Source: the human T2T-CHM13v2.0 reference genome, Homo sapiens. From it: 64,000 bases of DNA. A program made the position numbers and the translations under genes. Within the stretch, counting starts at the first letter, position 1; each line of letters starts with the position of its first letter. Below are positions 1-20,846 of this stretch, in pieces. Below the pieces are notes generated by a model. That model did not search any database, had not been told where the DNA came from, and saw nothing but the letters and a program-made list of their open reading frames with translations. Where the stretch lies: the NCBI RefSeq assembly GCF_009914755.1, contig NC_060939.1. One strand, 5' to 3'.

Positions 1-5772
<5,772 letters not shown>

Positions 5773-7442
5773 CGATTCAGATAGATTTTATGTAAAGGAT
5801 AAGTTAACCTAAGGTAAAGACTATCAGAATTACTAATTATTAAATTCCTAAGGATATAAACCAAATGACAACCTGCTATTAGATAAAAACAAACATAATG
5901 ATTTTGGTAAAGAGTTACTGAAGATGCTTCTAGTAGGAAATATATACAATTTCTAACTGAATGTCCTATTACCAACAATTCCTCCTCTGGGCTTGGATAG
6001 ATTTCTGGGCACTGGCTTTCTCAGTCATAAAAGTAAGGAGCTAGGTAAAATGGCCTCAAGAGTGCCTAGAGCTCCGAAAATTTATGGCTATGGAGGATGA
6101 ACTCAATAATTAAACTGAAGCCAAAACCAAAGAGGTCATGAGGTAAAAATCACATGCCTTTACATCAGACAAAGCAAATGAGTAGGGCTCTCTGAGATTA
6201 TGTATGACTATAGTGTGAGAAACAGAAAGTCAGAAGCGTGAGGCCACTACAGTACCTAATTTCTGGGACAAAGAAGTCATCTAAGTATATACTTCTCCTG
6301 TATACTCTTTCCATCTTTTCTAGTAATCACCCCTCATGTCTACCATAAGCAGGTACTTAATAGGGAGAATTGGTGTTTCTTATCTATGAATAACCAAGGC
6401 AAGCAAATTTCTACTTTTATATTATGTAGTGGGAAAATCTGTGCCTGTTCTTCTTTAGTGCAAAAAAGTTTGCAGGGGAATTTTTTGTATTTCTGTCAAA
6501 AATAGTTAAATAAGTACAAGAATGACACTACTTCAGAAGAATATATATAAATGCAGAGATTGAGGAACATTTAACTGTCAAAGTGTGCCAAATTGAAGAA
6601 TGCAATCAAAGACTAGAACATCCCAAAATGCAATTTTCTTCATTCTTTTTTTCCCTTTTTCCTTCAAGCTGTTCATTTCATACATATGTAACATTTTATC
6701 CCCCAAGTGTTTCATTTGCTCCACATCTGTGATTTGACATTTAATTAACTTTCCAAAGCTAGGCAGGAAGTATTTGCTCAAAAACAATGGTATAGGGAAA
6801 AGGAACAGAATAAACCAATGTAATTTGGACTCACATAGATTATACTTTCACCCTGGGATTCTTTCATATGTCATTTTTAAAGGTAAAATTAATTCATCAA
6901 CATAAATGTTAAAATCTTAAAATCCTTCACAGCAATAACTGTTAAAGCTATTCACAGATGGGGTATCATATTCTGTGATCCCCCCAGTTATCTCAATTTA
7001 AGAACTTAGAAATACTTGCACAAATAGCTTTATGTAATAGGTTCACTTCATATAATAGGGTCTTAGAAACCTATTAATTGGTTAGAGTGATCTTTTGAAG
7101 GGCCAATAATATAAACAAAAAAGCAAAAGCATTTGTAGGAGGAAAACTGATAGTACAACATTTAATATATAAGATATTAAGAGTCTAGATTTCTAGAATA
7201 GAAATACTATCTGATATAAAGAGAATATACTTACTGTCAGATCACTCTCACGTGAATACTAACAGCTGACAGAAGGCAATGCTTTAAATAATAAACCCAG
7301 CTGTTAAACAAAATCCGAAAGGCGTTAAAGATCTCTGGTCTTTTGTCTGCTTGACTCACTGAGTAACAATGACAATACTAAATTCAGAACTACAATCAAG
7401 ATCCTTAAACTATTCAACCTCAATAATGAGTATAAAACTTAC

Positions 7443-7605
7443 TCTCTAAATCTTTTGCTGTGGATTTTGGTTATTGTTGAAGATGCCATTGGACTGCCTA
7501 TTCCAGAACTAGCAGGAGAGCCTTGTGACACAGGTGTCATACAGTATGGAGAGTTCTGACTTGCTGGAGAGAGTGAAGTATCACTGGGCATGCTTAGTCC
7601 AGTAT
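7443..7605 (-). CDS. SECISBP2L: SECISBP2L exon 14 (DTGLSMPS...KIHSKRFRE)
   Basis: ccacag acceptor, GA|GTAAGT donor, 163 nt; IHSKRFR matches the SBP2-family motif preceding the L7Ae domain. Confidence 0.95.
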
Positions 7606-7819
7606 CTGTGGAGATGTGGAGTGAAGGGAAAAAATTTAGAAACTTCAAATGCTGAAAAGTTCTACGTTGATCAATGCAATTTAGAATGGCCATTGTCTTT
7701 TGGGTCATTTCCAAATTTTCCAGAAGCTAATAAGGTGGGCATTTTTCATATCACAAATAAACATGTTCCATACACTACAAAAATTAAATTCTCCTATTGT
7801 CTGTTGAAGTATATTCTTA

Positions 7820-7948
7820 GCCAGGTGAGGTGGTGCATGCCTGTGGTCCCAGCTACTCAGGAGGGTGAGGCGAGAAAATCGCTTGAATCTGGGAGTTTGA
7901 GGTCAGCCTGAGAAACGTTGTGAGACTTCCATCTCTTTAAAAAAAAAA
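7820..7948 (+). mobile_element. Alu monomer (FLAM-like)
   Basis: Single-arm Alu with A tail. Confidence 0.75.
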
Positions 7949-8076
7949 CATTCCCTCTCTCTCTCAAAAGTTAAGCATAGCCCAGAAGTCTCCACAGGGA
8001 TGAGGAAGAATACACATTACCTAAAACATGTGTTCCCAGAGAATTTAAATTAAAGAGAAAAAATCTGCACCTCTTA

Positions 8077-8351
<275 letters not shown>

Positions 8352-8392
<41 letters not shown>
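8352..8392 (+). repeat. (CA)~20 microsatellite
   Basis: Perfect dinucleotide run. Confidence 0.95.
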
Positions 8393-8395
<3 letters not shown>

Positions 8396-8665
8396 CTCTT
8401 GCCAGATCACATTACTCACTTCTTCATTTCTAGTTTTCCATCTATTTCTTAGAAATCTTTTTTTTTTTTAAACAATCTAAAACTTCCCATTATTGCTGGC
8501 AATGACAAATTCTACCTCACCCTCTCCACACCACTCCTGATTCTCCAGGTACCACCCCGGTCTCTCTCTTATTTGGTCTTTGCTTCTGTGTTCAAGAAGC
8601 CACATTATTAAATGCCATTTCTTGACTCTACTGTCTCCTTCGTTTAGTTATTGCCTCTTTCCTAA

Positions 8666-9050
<385 letters not shown>

Positions 9051-9969
9051 CACGTGTATCTTCTTACCTTCCTACTGGGCTGTAAGCTCTTCAACAGCAG
9101 GACCTGTCTACTATATATCTTTATTACATTCCCCAACGTCCTCCTGCCGCTCTAGTTACTAAAATACATGGGGTAAGCATTCAATAAACATTTGCTGAAT
9201 GAATGGATGGATGATTACACCTAAAAACATGGGGAATCATTAAATTGAGAATAAAACAGAACCCTAAACAAACATGTCCCCAGTGAACAATCTTTAGAAA
9301 TCAACTCATTTTTCTAAAAACAATGAAACATTGTTGCTTAATCTATGTGTAAACCAGATTTAAATGTGTTGCAAAAAGTTGGGCAATAAAGATATACTAG
9401 CAGAAAAATCTTTCTTTTATGGTGGTATAAATATTAGAAGAAATCTGCGGTTTTACTAAGTTACCAACTGGAATCATATGTGTTGCTACTTACTGTATGA
9501 CACTGAATCTTATCGACCAACTAGATTCTGCTTTGCAATTGCATTCATTGTGACATATGTATTAATTCCATGAAAGCAAGAAAATCAACAAAAATGACTC
9601 AATGAAAAGTAGCCCTAAAAAGAAAGATAGCCAACAGTATTTTGGACGTAAAAGAAAACAAAATGAAAATACTTGTGACAATTCCAGAGATCCCATGCAT
9701 TCGTGACATCTTAATTTTGAGAATTCACTACAAATTCAGGATTTAAGCCTCAAAAATGTCATAGGCCTACTATATAATACCTGTCCCCTTCTCTTTAACC
9801 ATCTCCCTACAAAAGCATCTTTAAAAGAAACCACTCTGAAGAATAAAGAGATTTATGTAAAATATGGAGCACGTCTTCCAATCAGGAGCATTAACTAGTG
9901 ATAGCTTACGTATCTATTAAAATATTTCAGACCATTCCATGAGAAGAGGAGAAAGGGGGAGCTCCTTAC

Positions 9970-10102
9970 CTTCCTGGGAAACAATCTCCTGTGGCAAGTC
10001 ATCAATAAAATCTAAGTGCATTTCTGTTGGTTCCTCGGATCCCAAAAGATTGTGGTCCACAGTTAAGCGCCCCTTCTTTTCCTCTCTTTCTTTTAAAATA
10101 AC
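9970..10102 (-). CDS. SECISBP2L: SECISBP2L exon 13 (VILKEREE...IVSQE)
   Basis: ttttag acceptor, AAG|GTAAGG donor, 133 nt. Confidence 0.95.
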
Positions 10103-10885
10103 CTAAAAGTCATTACACTAGTCTTTAATTACAGATTACTCTTCAACTGTGTACAAATGATGACAATATACATTATAACACAGGTATGGTAGTTCACTTA
10201 AACATGAACATGAGAAGTTTGGCTAACTGGCAAAAAGGCAAATGTAATTTCAGACACTGTAAGTTGAAGGAAGTACTGCATACAAAATAAAGAAAAGCAA
10301 TTATGTTATAGAATATACAGCTATCAAACCATATCTGATGCTTTAAATCCTAGGTGGCAAACTAGAGTTTCCAAAAAAAAAAGGGTAAATTAAAAAGTTT
10401 GGAACCCAGGTCATACAGTTACATTTGATTGACATTCTACAGTTTTCAATTATTTGGACACGAATTATCTCATTTTGACCCTTTTAACAATAGTGAGTTA
10501 AATCAAATATGCTCCCCAATTTATAGATGAGAAAGATGAGAGTAAAATGGTTGCCTAAAATGATATGTGTAGCAAGCACTGAAGTTAATACTGAAATCCA
10601 GGGCTTCTGATTCCTGGAGTCTTAATGTTTTGGGATACTACATATTTATCTTTTTTTTAACCTTATAGAAATAATTCATTTTCCAGGGCCCTGTTCTACA
10701 CAGAAAGATAGTCATGATACTGATGATATCCTGAGCTTCAAATTAACACATTATCGTCAAGATTCATGTGTATGAATACTTCTCACAACAATCTGTTGGC
10801 TAAGACACCACAACCTACTTTTACAAAACAGATTAAAATCCTTATTCATCCTATAAAATAAATATCCCACCAGATTTTGGTTTAC

Positions 10886-11055
10886 CTTTTTAAGTGCTGT
10901 GGGTCGTTTTAGTTTTGCAATTTCCTTCTCTTTTCCTTTTTTTGCTTTAGAAGAAGCAATGTCCACAGAATTAAAGGATGTCAAACAGGGCTGACTTTTG
11001 GTTAAAGGTTTTCTATTAGTAGAGTCTTTAGTGTGAAAAGAAGCTGCAGTAACCA
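10886..11055 (-). CDS. SECISBP2L: SECISBP2L exon 12 (VVTAASF...KRPTALKK), K-rich Sec-incorporation-domain-like region
   Basis: tttttag acceptor, AAG|GTAAAC donor, 170 nt. Confidence 0.95.
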
Positions 11056-11522
11056 CTAAAAACAAAGAGGAACATTAGTTTCACCATTAGGGCCAATCCC
11101 ACATACTTTCAAAATTTCCAATAACTACAAAAACAAGAACATCCTCCTCCCATGGAAAAAACGACATCATAACAGTAGGAGCACTATACATGGCTAGGCA
11201 GTGTCCCTCAGATACAGCTTTTACCTATCCTTTAGAGACTAAGCCAATGCAATTAACCAATTTAGAAGTCCATTATAGGGGTAAATAATTAGTTCTACTC
11301 TCCTGTACAACCCTCAAACATGGCAATTCCTTGCAACTGGTCTTCAGTCAGAACCATTCTACCTTTGAAACTTCACAATGCTGCACCCCTTCTTATTCCT
11401 ACTGAATCTGCTATTTGTCCTTATGTAAGATATCTTATCTATCACTTCTCTCCTTATTTCAGTTGGTCAGTAAAGAATGATGATTTTACCCACTCAGCTG
11501 CACTCAGCCTCACTCAGTAATT

Positions 11523-11832
<310 letters not shown>

Positions 11833-12929
11833 TCAGTAATTCTTTCATGTCTGGTTGATACCCTCAGTTTCCACTGGCTTCTTCCAATCCTTTACTATAC
11901 CTAAATCCCCAACCTCAATCCTCTCACTCTAGCAGAGCTTTCCTGCCACTTCCCTGAGAAGATGCTATCCAATATAAACTTACCAACCACCTGAAAGGAG
12001 GTGGCAGACATCCTTACTCCTGTCCAAGGCTCACCAACTGTCTTTATTCTTAATATCCCATCTCAGTTCCTCTAAGATCTAACTCTATTCCTATACCCTT
12101 GCATCTTTCGAGTTCCTCCCTGACCCTTGACTTTTTTCTTGATCCCCTAATAAGATGCTAGAATCTTCTATCTAAAAAAAAGAAAGGGTTTTTTAAAAAG
12201 GCACACCAACTAAACCCTTCCCTTCAAGCTAAGGTGCCATCATTCCCCTTTCCTTCCCTATTAAACTTCGAAACAGTTTTTCTCTCATTATCACTTTTCA
12301 AATCATTACAATTTGACCTCTGCCCAACCCATTCTCTTGAAACGTACTGTCAAGGTCACACATAATCTTGCAATTGCCAAATACAATTCTCTGACTCTTC
12401 ACTCTACTCTAATTTTCTTCAGCATTTGGTACCAAGGACTACATCCTTTTCCTCAAAATTCTATCCTTGCCTTCTGTAACATTACACTCCTTTATTTTTC
12501 TTACTCTTTCTCAAATCTATGTTTCTTGTTCTTCTTCCTCTTATCCTTTAAATGTGAGCATTCCACAAGGCTTTGTCTGTGAACATCTTTTTCCTAATTT
12601 TTCTTTCCCCCAACAATCTGATTTCCACAACTTCAACAATCATCTGTATTTGAAACTCACTGACTTGTAACCTAAACTATACATTCATAACTATATGCTA
12701 AATAGGAACCACCAGAATCTCCCATGCTAGCATTTAAAATACAACAGGCAGCATCTGCTCTTCCCAACAAAATTCTTCTATAATCCCTATCTTGTGTAGT
12801 AACATCGCAGCCCTTATCACCACCACAGTCATTCAAGACAGAATCTGGAGTCATCACTGACCTGTTTCCAGATCCATCATTTCCCTATAATTCTTTTTCA
12901 TCATGATCAGTCTCATCCTTTTCTTGAAC

Positions 12930-13180
12930 ATGTGTATATATGGGTGTATATATATTAAAAAGATATATAATTATATATAAAACAATATATAGTTATATAA
13001 TTTATAGTAATTATATCATATTAACATTTAGCAACTGCTAAATGTTTATGTATATTAACAGTACATGTATAAATATATAAATGTATATATTTAGCAGTAT
13101 ATACTGTATATATAATATAGACATTATATATACTGTATATATGTACACATATAAACATATATATTAACAGTTGCTAAATT
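12930..13180. repeat. AT-rich (TA)n low-complexity region
   Basis: Degenerate TA repeats. Confidence 0.75.
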
Positions 13181-13239
13181 AATTGAAGTTGTAACAATAA
13201 GCCATCTGAAGTATCACAGGTTAACAATCTCGTCTCCAT

Positions 13240-13470
13240 AATAATATTAAACATTTATTGAGTGATTATAACCCAGATACTCTATAAGCACTTTACATAT
13301 ATCATCTCATCTAATTCTCAAGACAATCCTGAAGTAGGTACTCTCATATTAATGTGAGGAAACTGAAGCACAGGAAGGTTAAGTAACTTGCCAATGAAAC
13401 ACATGGAAGAACAGGATTCAAACAAAGGCAACTTGATTCCAGGGCCCCTGCTTTTAGCTACTAGGGCATA
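13240..13470 (-). mobile_element. MIR SINE
   Basis: gaggaaactgaagcacagg..ggttaagtaacttgcc core. Confidence 0.7.
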
Positions 13471-14059
13471 CCGCCTCCAGAACACTGCTAACTCTCAGTT
13501 TTATTCCCTATTTTTACTCTTAAGTGAGAGATTACTGCCACTCTGCCCATCTCAACATGCAACTCTAAAGCTTTATATACATTCAGTACTATTTGTAATA
13601 ATAGTTATTACAAATAACTATTGTAATAACAGAGGTTGATAGTGGATTGGTAACTAGATAGGTTTAAACGTTTTGCACACAGGTTAAAATTATACACTGT
13701 AATTTATCTTTCTGTCTAATAAGTAATAGTCCCTTCACACAGGATCAGAAGAAACACAAAATTCAATTTTGCCTCTCAACATTGGTGCTGGTGCTGTACA
13801 TTGGTACCTTTCCTGTTCCTTTGTTCTATTCCTCACCCTCTAAAAAAAGACTATGAAAAGAAATGAGGGAACACAGAAAAGCTGAGCTCTAAATCTGACA
13901 AGGTTTGTTAAAATAGAAATTACTGTTTCAGTAGAAAGCCAGATCATTTTCTCATATACACACACACACAATCTGATCAAAACCCTTGTATGCAACTGAG
14001 TTTTAAACTGGATAATTTAAGAGAGCCAGATTACTTGTGATTTTTTATTTCAATCTTTG

Positions 14060-14640
14060 AAAAAGAAAAAAATTTGGGTGAGTCAAAATGCATATCAACT
14101 GACATTTATGCAGAGATCTAAAGAACCTGAGGGAAGCAAACTATGCTGATACCTGGGGAAAGAGCATCCCAGGAAAAGGGAATAGCAAGCCCACAGATAC
14201 TGAGCTAGGATCATGCTGGGTGTGTCTGAGGACTGCTAATGCAGCTAGAGCAGAGTGTGTTAGGAGAGAATGGTGACGAAGGCAAAAAGGTAATAGGGTC
14301 AGCTAAAATATGGCTTTAGTTAGGAGTCTGGCTTCATGCCAAGTGAAATGAAGCACTGTTAGAGGATTCTGAGCAGTGAAGTGATATAATCCAGCTTACA
14401 TTTTAAAAAGGTCACTCCTTTTAACGCAGACAAGGGGTTGTGGGGAGGGAAAAGCAGGTAGTAGTAAGGAGGCTACTCAGTCTAGTATGATACAATAATG
14501 GGGGCTACTGTGGTGGCAGGAAATCTGGTGAGTAGTTAGAGTATGGATATGTTTTGCAGGCAGGACAGATAGGATGTGTTAAAGGACTAGGTGTGGAAAG
14601 GAGCATGGACAATTTCAAGGCTTGCGGTTTAAGCTGACTT
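14060..14640 (-). mobile_element. L2 LINE fragment
   Basis: Typical purine-rich L2 3' region. Confidence 0.55.
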
Positions 14641-14793
14641 AAAATACACACACACAAACACACATACATATATATACACACACACACACATATATATACA
14701 CATACATATATAAAATTTTAAAAATTTCGATTAACAACATCTAACATATATTAGCAGAGACAAACAGCAAATTGCTCAGACTAATGATATCAC

Positions 14794-14935
14794 CTGTATA
14801 TGACAGAGGTCTGGTGTTAGTAATTTGCCGTGCTTTCATTGCTTGCTGTTGTTTTTCCAGAGCAGCTAACATGTCCCCTAAATCTAGCTGCACAGGTGTT
14901 TTATTCTTTTTTCCAGCTGCTTTTGATAAAGCTTC
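14794..14935 (-). CDS. SECISBP2L: SECISBP2L exon 11 (EALSKAAGKKNKTPVQLDLGDML...PLSYT)
   Basis: tttgtag acceptor, CAG|GTGAT donor, 142 nt; PVQLDLG is a motif of the SBP2 family. Confidence 0.95.
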
Positions 14936-15081
14936 CTACAAAATAAATATAAAAAATTAATTTTTTTGTTATAGTACGAAACTGTGGCATTTTAAGATGA
15001 CTACATTTATCACTCCTTCTATCTATTCCATCAAACCTAGCAAGTAAACTATCACATTTGTTCATAAAAATGAATATGTAC

Positions 15082-15249
15082 CTGTAATTTTTTTTGCTCC
15101 ATACTTATTTCTGAATACTCTTGAGCTGTGGCAAGGGCTGCTGCTAAAGCTTTCTTCTTCTGACTTTTTGCACGTTTGGGAACTGAGGTGGTAATAGGAA
15201 TTGGAGTCTGAACTATATTGATTGGTGAGTTTTCAGGTAAATCATCCAA
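15082..15249 (-). CDS. SECISBP2L: SECISBP2L exon 10 (LDDLPENSP...QKKLQ)
   Basis: CACTAAC branch point, catag acceptor, CAG|GTACAT donor, 168 nt. Confidence 0.95.
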
Positions 15250-15781
15250 CTATGATAACCAGAAAAAACACATTTGTTAGTGATCCCATAAAAGTCAATC
15301 ATAAGGAAAAAGGATCCAGAATGTGGGATGTTCTGCAGTACAACCGGACTAGACTCTTCAAAGAATTCAATGTCATAAAGAACAGGATTTGACAGTGGGA
15401 CCATTTCAGACTGGGAAATAATAAAGGGACAAAACAGCTTAATGCAGTGGGTGATGGCTGCCTGGATCCTTGAATGAAATAAAACAAAATACATCCAAAG
15501 TAAAATTTTGCAACAGTTGGGAAAATTTCAGTACAGACTGTATGTTGTATGATGATATCATTTAGTTAATGGTATTTTAGTAATAGAACTGTGGATTTCA
15601 TAGGGTATTATCTTTGTTCAGGCTATGCTGGAAAAGAAATATTAAAGATAGGTACTAAACACCATCTCCTGCACACTCTGCTGCTCCATGTGCCTTTACA
15701 CTTATCTTTAATATTTCCCTTCAACATAGCCATTGTTCAAAAGATGTTATATTTTGCTTTTCTTTTTAAAGAGTTACTTAC

Positions 15782-15862
15782 TACTTTAGAAGAAAGTTTT
15801 TGTTGAATATTCTCATCCTTAGCATTTCCATTCTCATTTAGTTCTTGAAACCCATCTTCATC
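15782..15862 (-). CDS. SECISBP2L: SECISBP2L exon 9 (DEDGFQEL...LSSKV)
   Basis: tttcag acceptor, GTA|GTAAGT donor, 81 nt. Confidence 0.92.
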
Positions 15863-16490
15863 CTGAAATGTTTCACATTTTAAGTAAAAAGAGTTCAAGG
15901 CAAACTCCTAAACTTTTTATAATGCTTAGAAGTATTGAAAAATGAGGAAGTTATTTCTTGTATTCTATTACTGAATTATTCAAAGTCGGTCTTAAAGAGG
16001 AAATGTCATTTCTCACATGCTAAAATATAAACAATTTAATTATTCAAGGATGGGGGCGTATCCACACATGTCCAGTTTTTGGATTTCTGCACCTACTATT
16101 TCATTTTTATTAATAATTCTACCTTCAGATGGGTGGGTAATTGAAAAGAAATTCAAACTGGGTTTTATCACATTCAGATAATTTGAAAAAGTGTTTAACA
16201 GACAGCTTCATGTAAACTTTATTAATATACTCCTTGTTCTGCATTACTCCACACAATTGTCAATAAGGTTAAAAACATCTTTTCCATTGAAATTAATTTA
16301 TTAATATCTTCCTTTATCCTGAAAATTATATCTAATATCTTTAAATATAAGTATAGAACCAATAGTACAGTTGAGTACATGTACTACAATTGCCAGACCT
16401 GGATATATTGAAACTATTCTTGAGAAAATAATTGAGATATACTCTCAAGTCCTTTGGCTCAATTACTAAACTTATCTAACATATTATTGA

Positions 16491-16801
<311 letters not shown>

Positions 16802-17651
16802 ATATTATTGATTTCTATCCTCTGACCTCAAGCAAGTTTTCCAGTTTAACCTCCCATCTATTAACTCATTCAATAGAATTTATGATCCAACCAAAATGAG
16901 TTACTCAAATGAGTTACCGGAGATGTGTGGTGAAAAACATCTTGACACATACAAATTCTACTTGTTTTTTAAATTCATTTCAAATGTTACCTACCCTGCC
17001 ACAAACCCAAAGTGACCTGTCTCTGCGCTCAACTCTAACCACACTCAACTAAGTATTAGGTGTGTATATGCCTATGTTCTTCTACTACACAGCAACTTTC
17101 CCAAAGATAGCAGGTCTATTCACCTTAATGTATCATTCAGAGCACCTTACTGCACACATATACTAGACCACCAGTAAGAATCTGTTAGATGAATAACAGT
17201 GCAATTAGGATATGAACTGTCTATCAGAGAAAGTAAAACATTTTTCTTCCTTCTCTAAAATTCTCCTGGCTGGCAGCACAACTTAACTAGACTGAACTAC
17301 TCAAATCTGAAAAGCCTTTCAAATGGATTGAATAACAACAAAAATTAAGTGAAAAAGCTCCATACTAAATAAAGTCCACATGAAATCAAGTTCTACCTCT
17401 ATACATTACCCCCTAAATGATGAACACACAGGACAAAAATTTATAAAAATAAACATCAGTAAAATTAATGTTAGATTAAATATATATAACCAAGACAAAA
17501 ATGAGTTAATACTTCTGAGTAATTTATAATTTAATACTAGAATCACATGTTAAGACATAAAAAGTACTCACAATGTTCACAATGTAACAAATTAATTTCT
17601 TAATGGGAACATTTCCTATAACAGCTTACAAATAGAGTTTGAAAAAAATAC

Positions 17652-17786
17652 CTCAAAATATAAAGACTCAGAATTTGGATCGCTTCTATGGGATTGACTA
17701 GAGCTTAAATGCTTATTATCTGGTCTCTTTTGCAAATTCTGTCTTCTTTCTGAGGAAGTACTGTGTCCTCGGCATCTGAATCCAAC
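17652..17786 (-). CDS. SECISBP2L: SECISBP2L exon 8, symmetric cassette (VGFRCRGH...SLYFE)
   Basis: acttag acceptor, GAG|GTATTT donor, 135 nt, phase 0-0. Confidence 0.9.
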
Positions 17787-18447
17787 CTAAGTAAACCCCA
17801 GAGGGGAAAAAAAATCTAATTATTTTTAAATAAATGTTTCACTCAAATATATAACATACTGGCAGAAAAGTACACGCAAGTGTACAACTCAATAAATTTT
17901 CACCAAGTGCATCACTTATTTTAAAGATCAAGTTTCTGACAAGTAAGGTACTTATAAGAAAAATAGAAAAATGAGACAATTAATCCACATTGCTTTTTTC
18001 CCCTCGACATGAATATTTATTAGCAGCTTTATTCACAAAAGTGAAAACAGGAAACAAACCAGATGTTCTACAGTGGGTGAACAGTTAAACTAACTGTGGC
18101 ATATCCAGATCATAGTATAGAAGTCTGTATCAACCACAAAAAGGAATAAACTACAGTATTGATAAACTCAACAACCAGAGAACCATGGAAGTGAAAAAGG
18201 CCAATCCCAAAAAGACTGTATGAAGGCATACAAAATTATTGAAACAACAAAATTAGAAAGGGAGAATAGATCAGTGGATTCTAGGGGATAAGGAGCAGTT
18301 GGTGTGGCTATGAAAGCCAACAGGAGGGTCCTTGTGATGATGGATCTGTTCTGCATCTTGACTGTATCGAGGCCAATATCTGGGTGTGATATTGCACTAT
18401 AGTTTTGCAAGATGTTACCACAGGGGGGAAACTGCATATTACTTGCT

Positions 18448-19040
18448 TATTTTTTTTAGAGACGTGATCTTGCTCTGTTGCCCAGGCTGGAGTGCAGTGG
18501 CTTGATCATAGCTCACTACAGCCTGAACACCTAGGCTCGAGTGATTCTCTTGCCTCAGCCTCCCAAGTAGCTGGGACTACAAGCACATGCCACCACACCC
18601 AGCTAATTGTTTTATTTGTATTTTTGTAGAGACAGGGGTCTCGCTATGTTGCCCAGGCTGGTCTCAAACTGCTGACTTCAAGCAATCTTCCCACCTTGGC
18701 CTCTCAAAGTACTGAGATTAAGGCATGAGTCACATGCCTGGCTTTTTACATTACTTTTTCAGTTAGGATCTTACTCTGTCACCCAGGCAGGAGTGCAGTA
18801 GTGTGATCACAGCTCACTGCAGCCTCAACCTCCTGGGCACAAGTGATTCTTTCACCTCAGCCTCCCAAACAACTAGGACCACAGGTGTGCACCACCACAC
18901 CCAGCTAATTTTTTTTATTTTCTGTAGAAGCAGGGTCTACCTATATTGTCCAGGCTGGTCTGCAACTCCTGGGCTCAAGGGATCCTCCTGCCTCGCCTCC
19001 CAAAGTGCTGGGATTACAGGCATGATTCACCGTGCCCAGC
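18448..19040 (-). mobile_element. Two tandem AluJ elements
   Basis: Reverse Alus at 18448-18742 and ~18755-19040. Confidence 0.85.
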
Positions 19041-19199
19041 TACTCTTTAATTTAACTACTGTAAGTCTTCTGATACTTGCAGTTTATTTTTTTATAAAAT
19101 AGATAAAACAATTAGGAGAATAATTTAATACAAATCTTGTTTCCAAGATTTAAGAGAATAAGCTTTTATTAAATCACATAAATTAGTATTATCATTGTA

Positions 19200-19565
19200 T
19201 GTTATGGACTAAAATGTTTCCATCTCCTAAAATTCATGTATTAAAATCCCAATACGCCCTCCGCCCACGAGACGGTATTTGAAAGTGCGGCCTTTGGGAG
19301 GTGATTAAGTTATGAGGGCAGAGCCATCACAAATGGGATTAGTGACCTCATATAAGAAACCCCAGAGACGCCTTCACCCCTTCTACCACATAAGGACAAA
19401 GCTAGAAGACAGCCACCTATGAACCACAAAGCAGGCCCTTACCAGACATCGAATTTGCCAGTGCCTTGGACTTCCCACCCTCCAGAACTGAGAGAAATAA
19501 ACTTCTGTTGTTTATAAGTCACTGAGTCTATAGCATTATCTTATAGCAGCCAAAACAGACCAAAA
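19200..19565 (+). mobile_element. MaLR solo LTR (MLT1A-like)
   Basis: TGTTATGGACT start; ccagaactgagagaaataaa..ttatagcagcc 3' end. Confidence 0.8.
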
Positions 19566-20367
19566 AATCCCATTAACGAATATGCAAAATGTTCAACTGT
19601 CATATGGGCAAGAAAAAAAACATTAAGCATTCTAAGACTCTTAAGACATTTCAAGTTACCTCTCTTAAGTACCAAATGCAGCTAACAGTAAATGCCTCTC
19701 TTAACCAGGACACTTAAAATATATGAAAAGTATAATCTTTAGTAACAGCTACTCCAAAATTCTAACAACTGCGAATTGGAAGCAGACCTGGAGAGAAGGT
19801 GCTGGTACACAGGCCTTGGATTCTGAAGTCAAACAGATGCACACAAAGACCTGGAACCACCTGAATTCTCACGCTTGCTGTTGTAAACCAGAATTAGTAT
19901 ATATGTATTAACGGTGTTACAAACGGTAAAACAATTTCCTTTAAAAACAAACGCAACCTGATTCTTACACTTCGAGACATAAAGCACCAGGATTAAATTA
20001 AAACCCCCAAACTAATGGTCCCAACAAAGTTCATGTGAGCCAAATGTGCAAGTACTCCAATAAACTCATGAATGAATCAATAACCTCAGGACGTCGAAAT
20101 ACTTTTTGTCAGCTCTTCTAAGAAAGAGTTTTGTTGATAGAAAGAGGGTATACTGAACAAAACAAAGCAGAAGCTACGGCTTTGAATATATATTAAGATT
20201 CTTAAATGAGTAGCACAAAATTAATTTAAAAATTTTAAAGTTTTCATACCCCATTTACAATAAAAAGGAAAAAAATATTAGAAATTGCCACTAAGAATAT
20301 GTACAAACTTATTTAAAGAAAACTTTACAACACTTCCATTTATTTGATTGATTGACTAACTGCTTAA

Positions 20368-20846
<479 letters not shown>

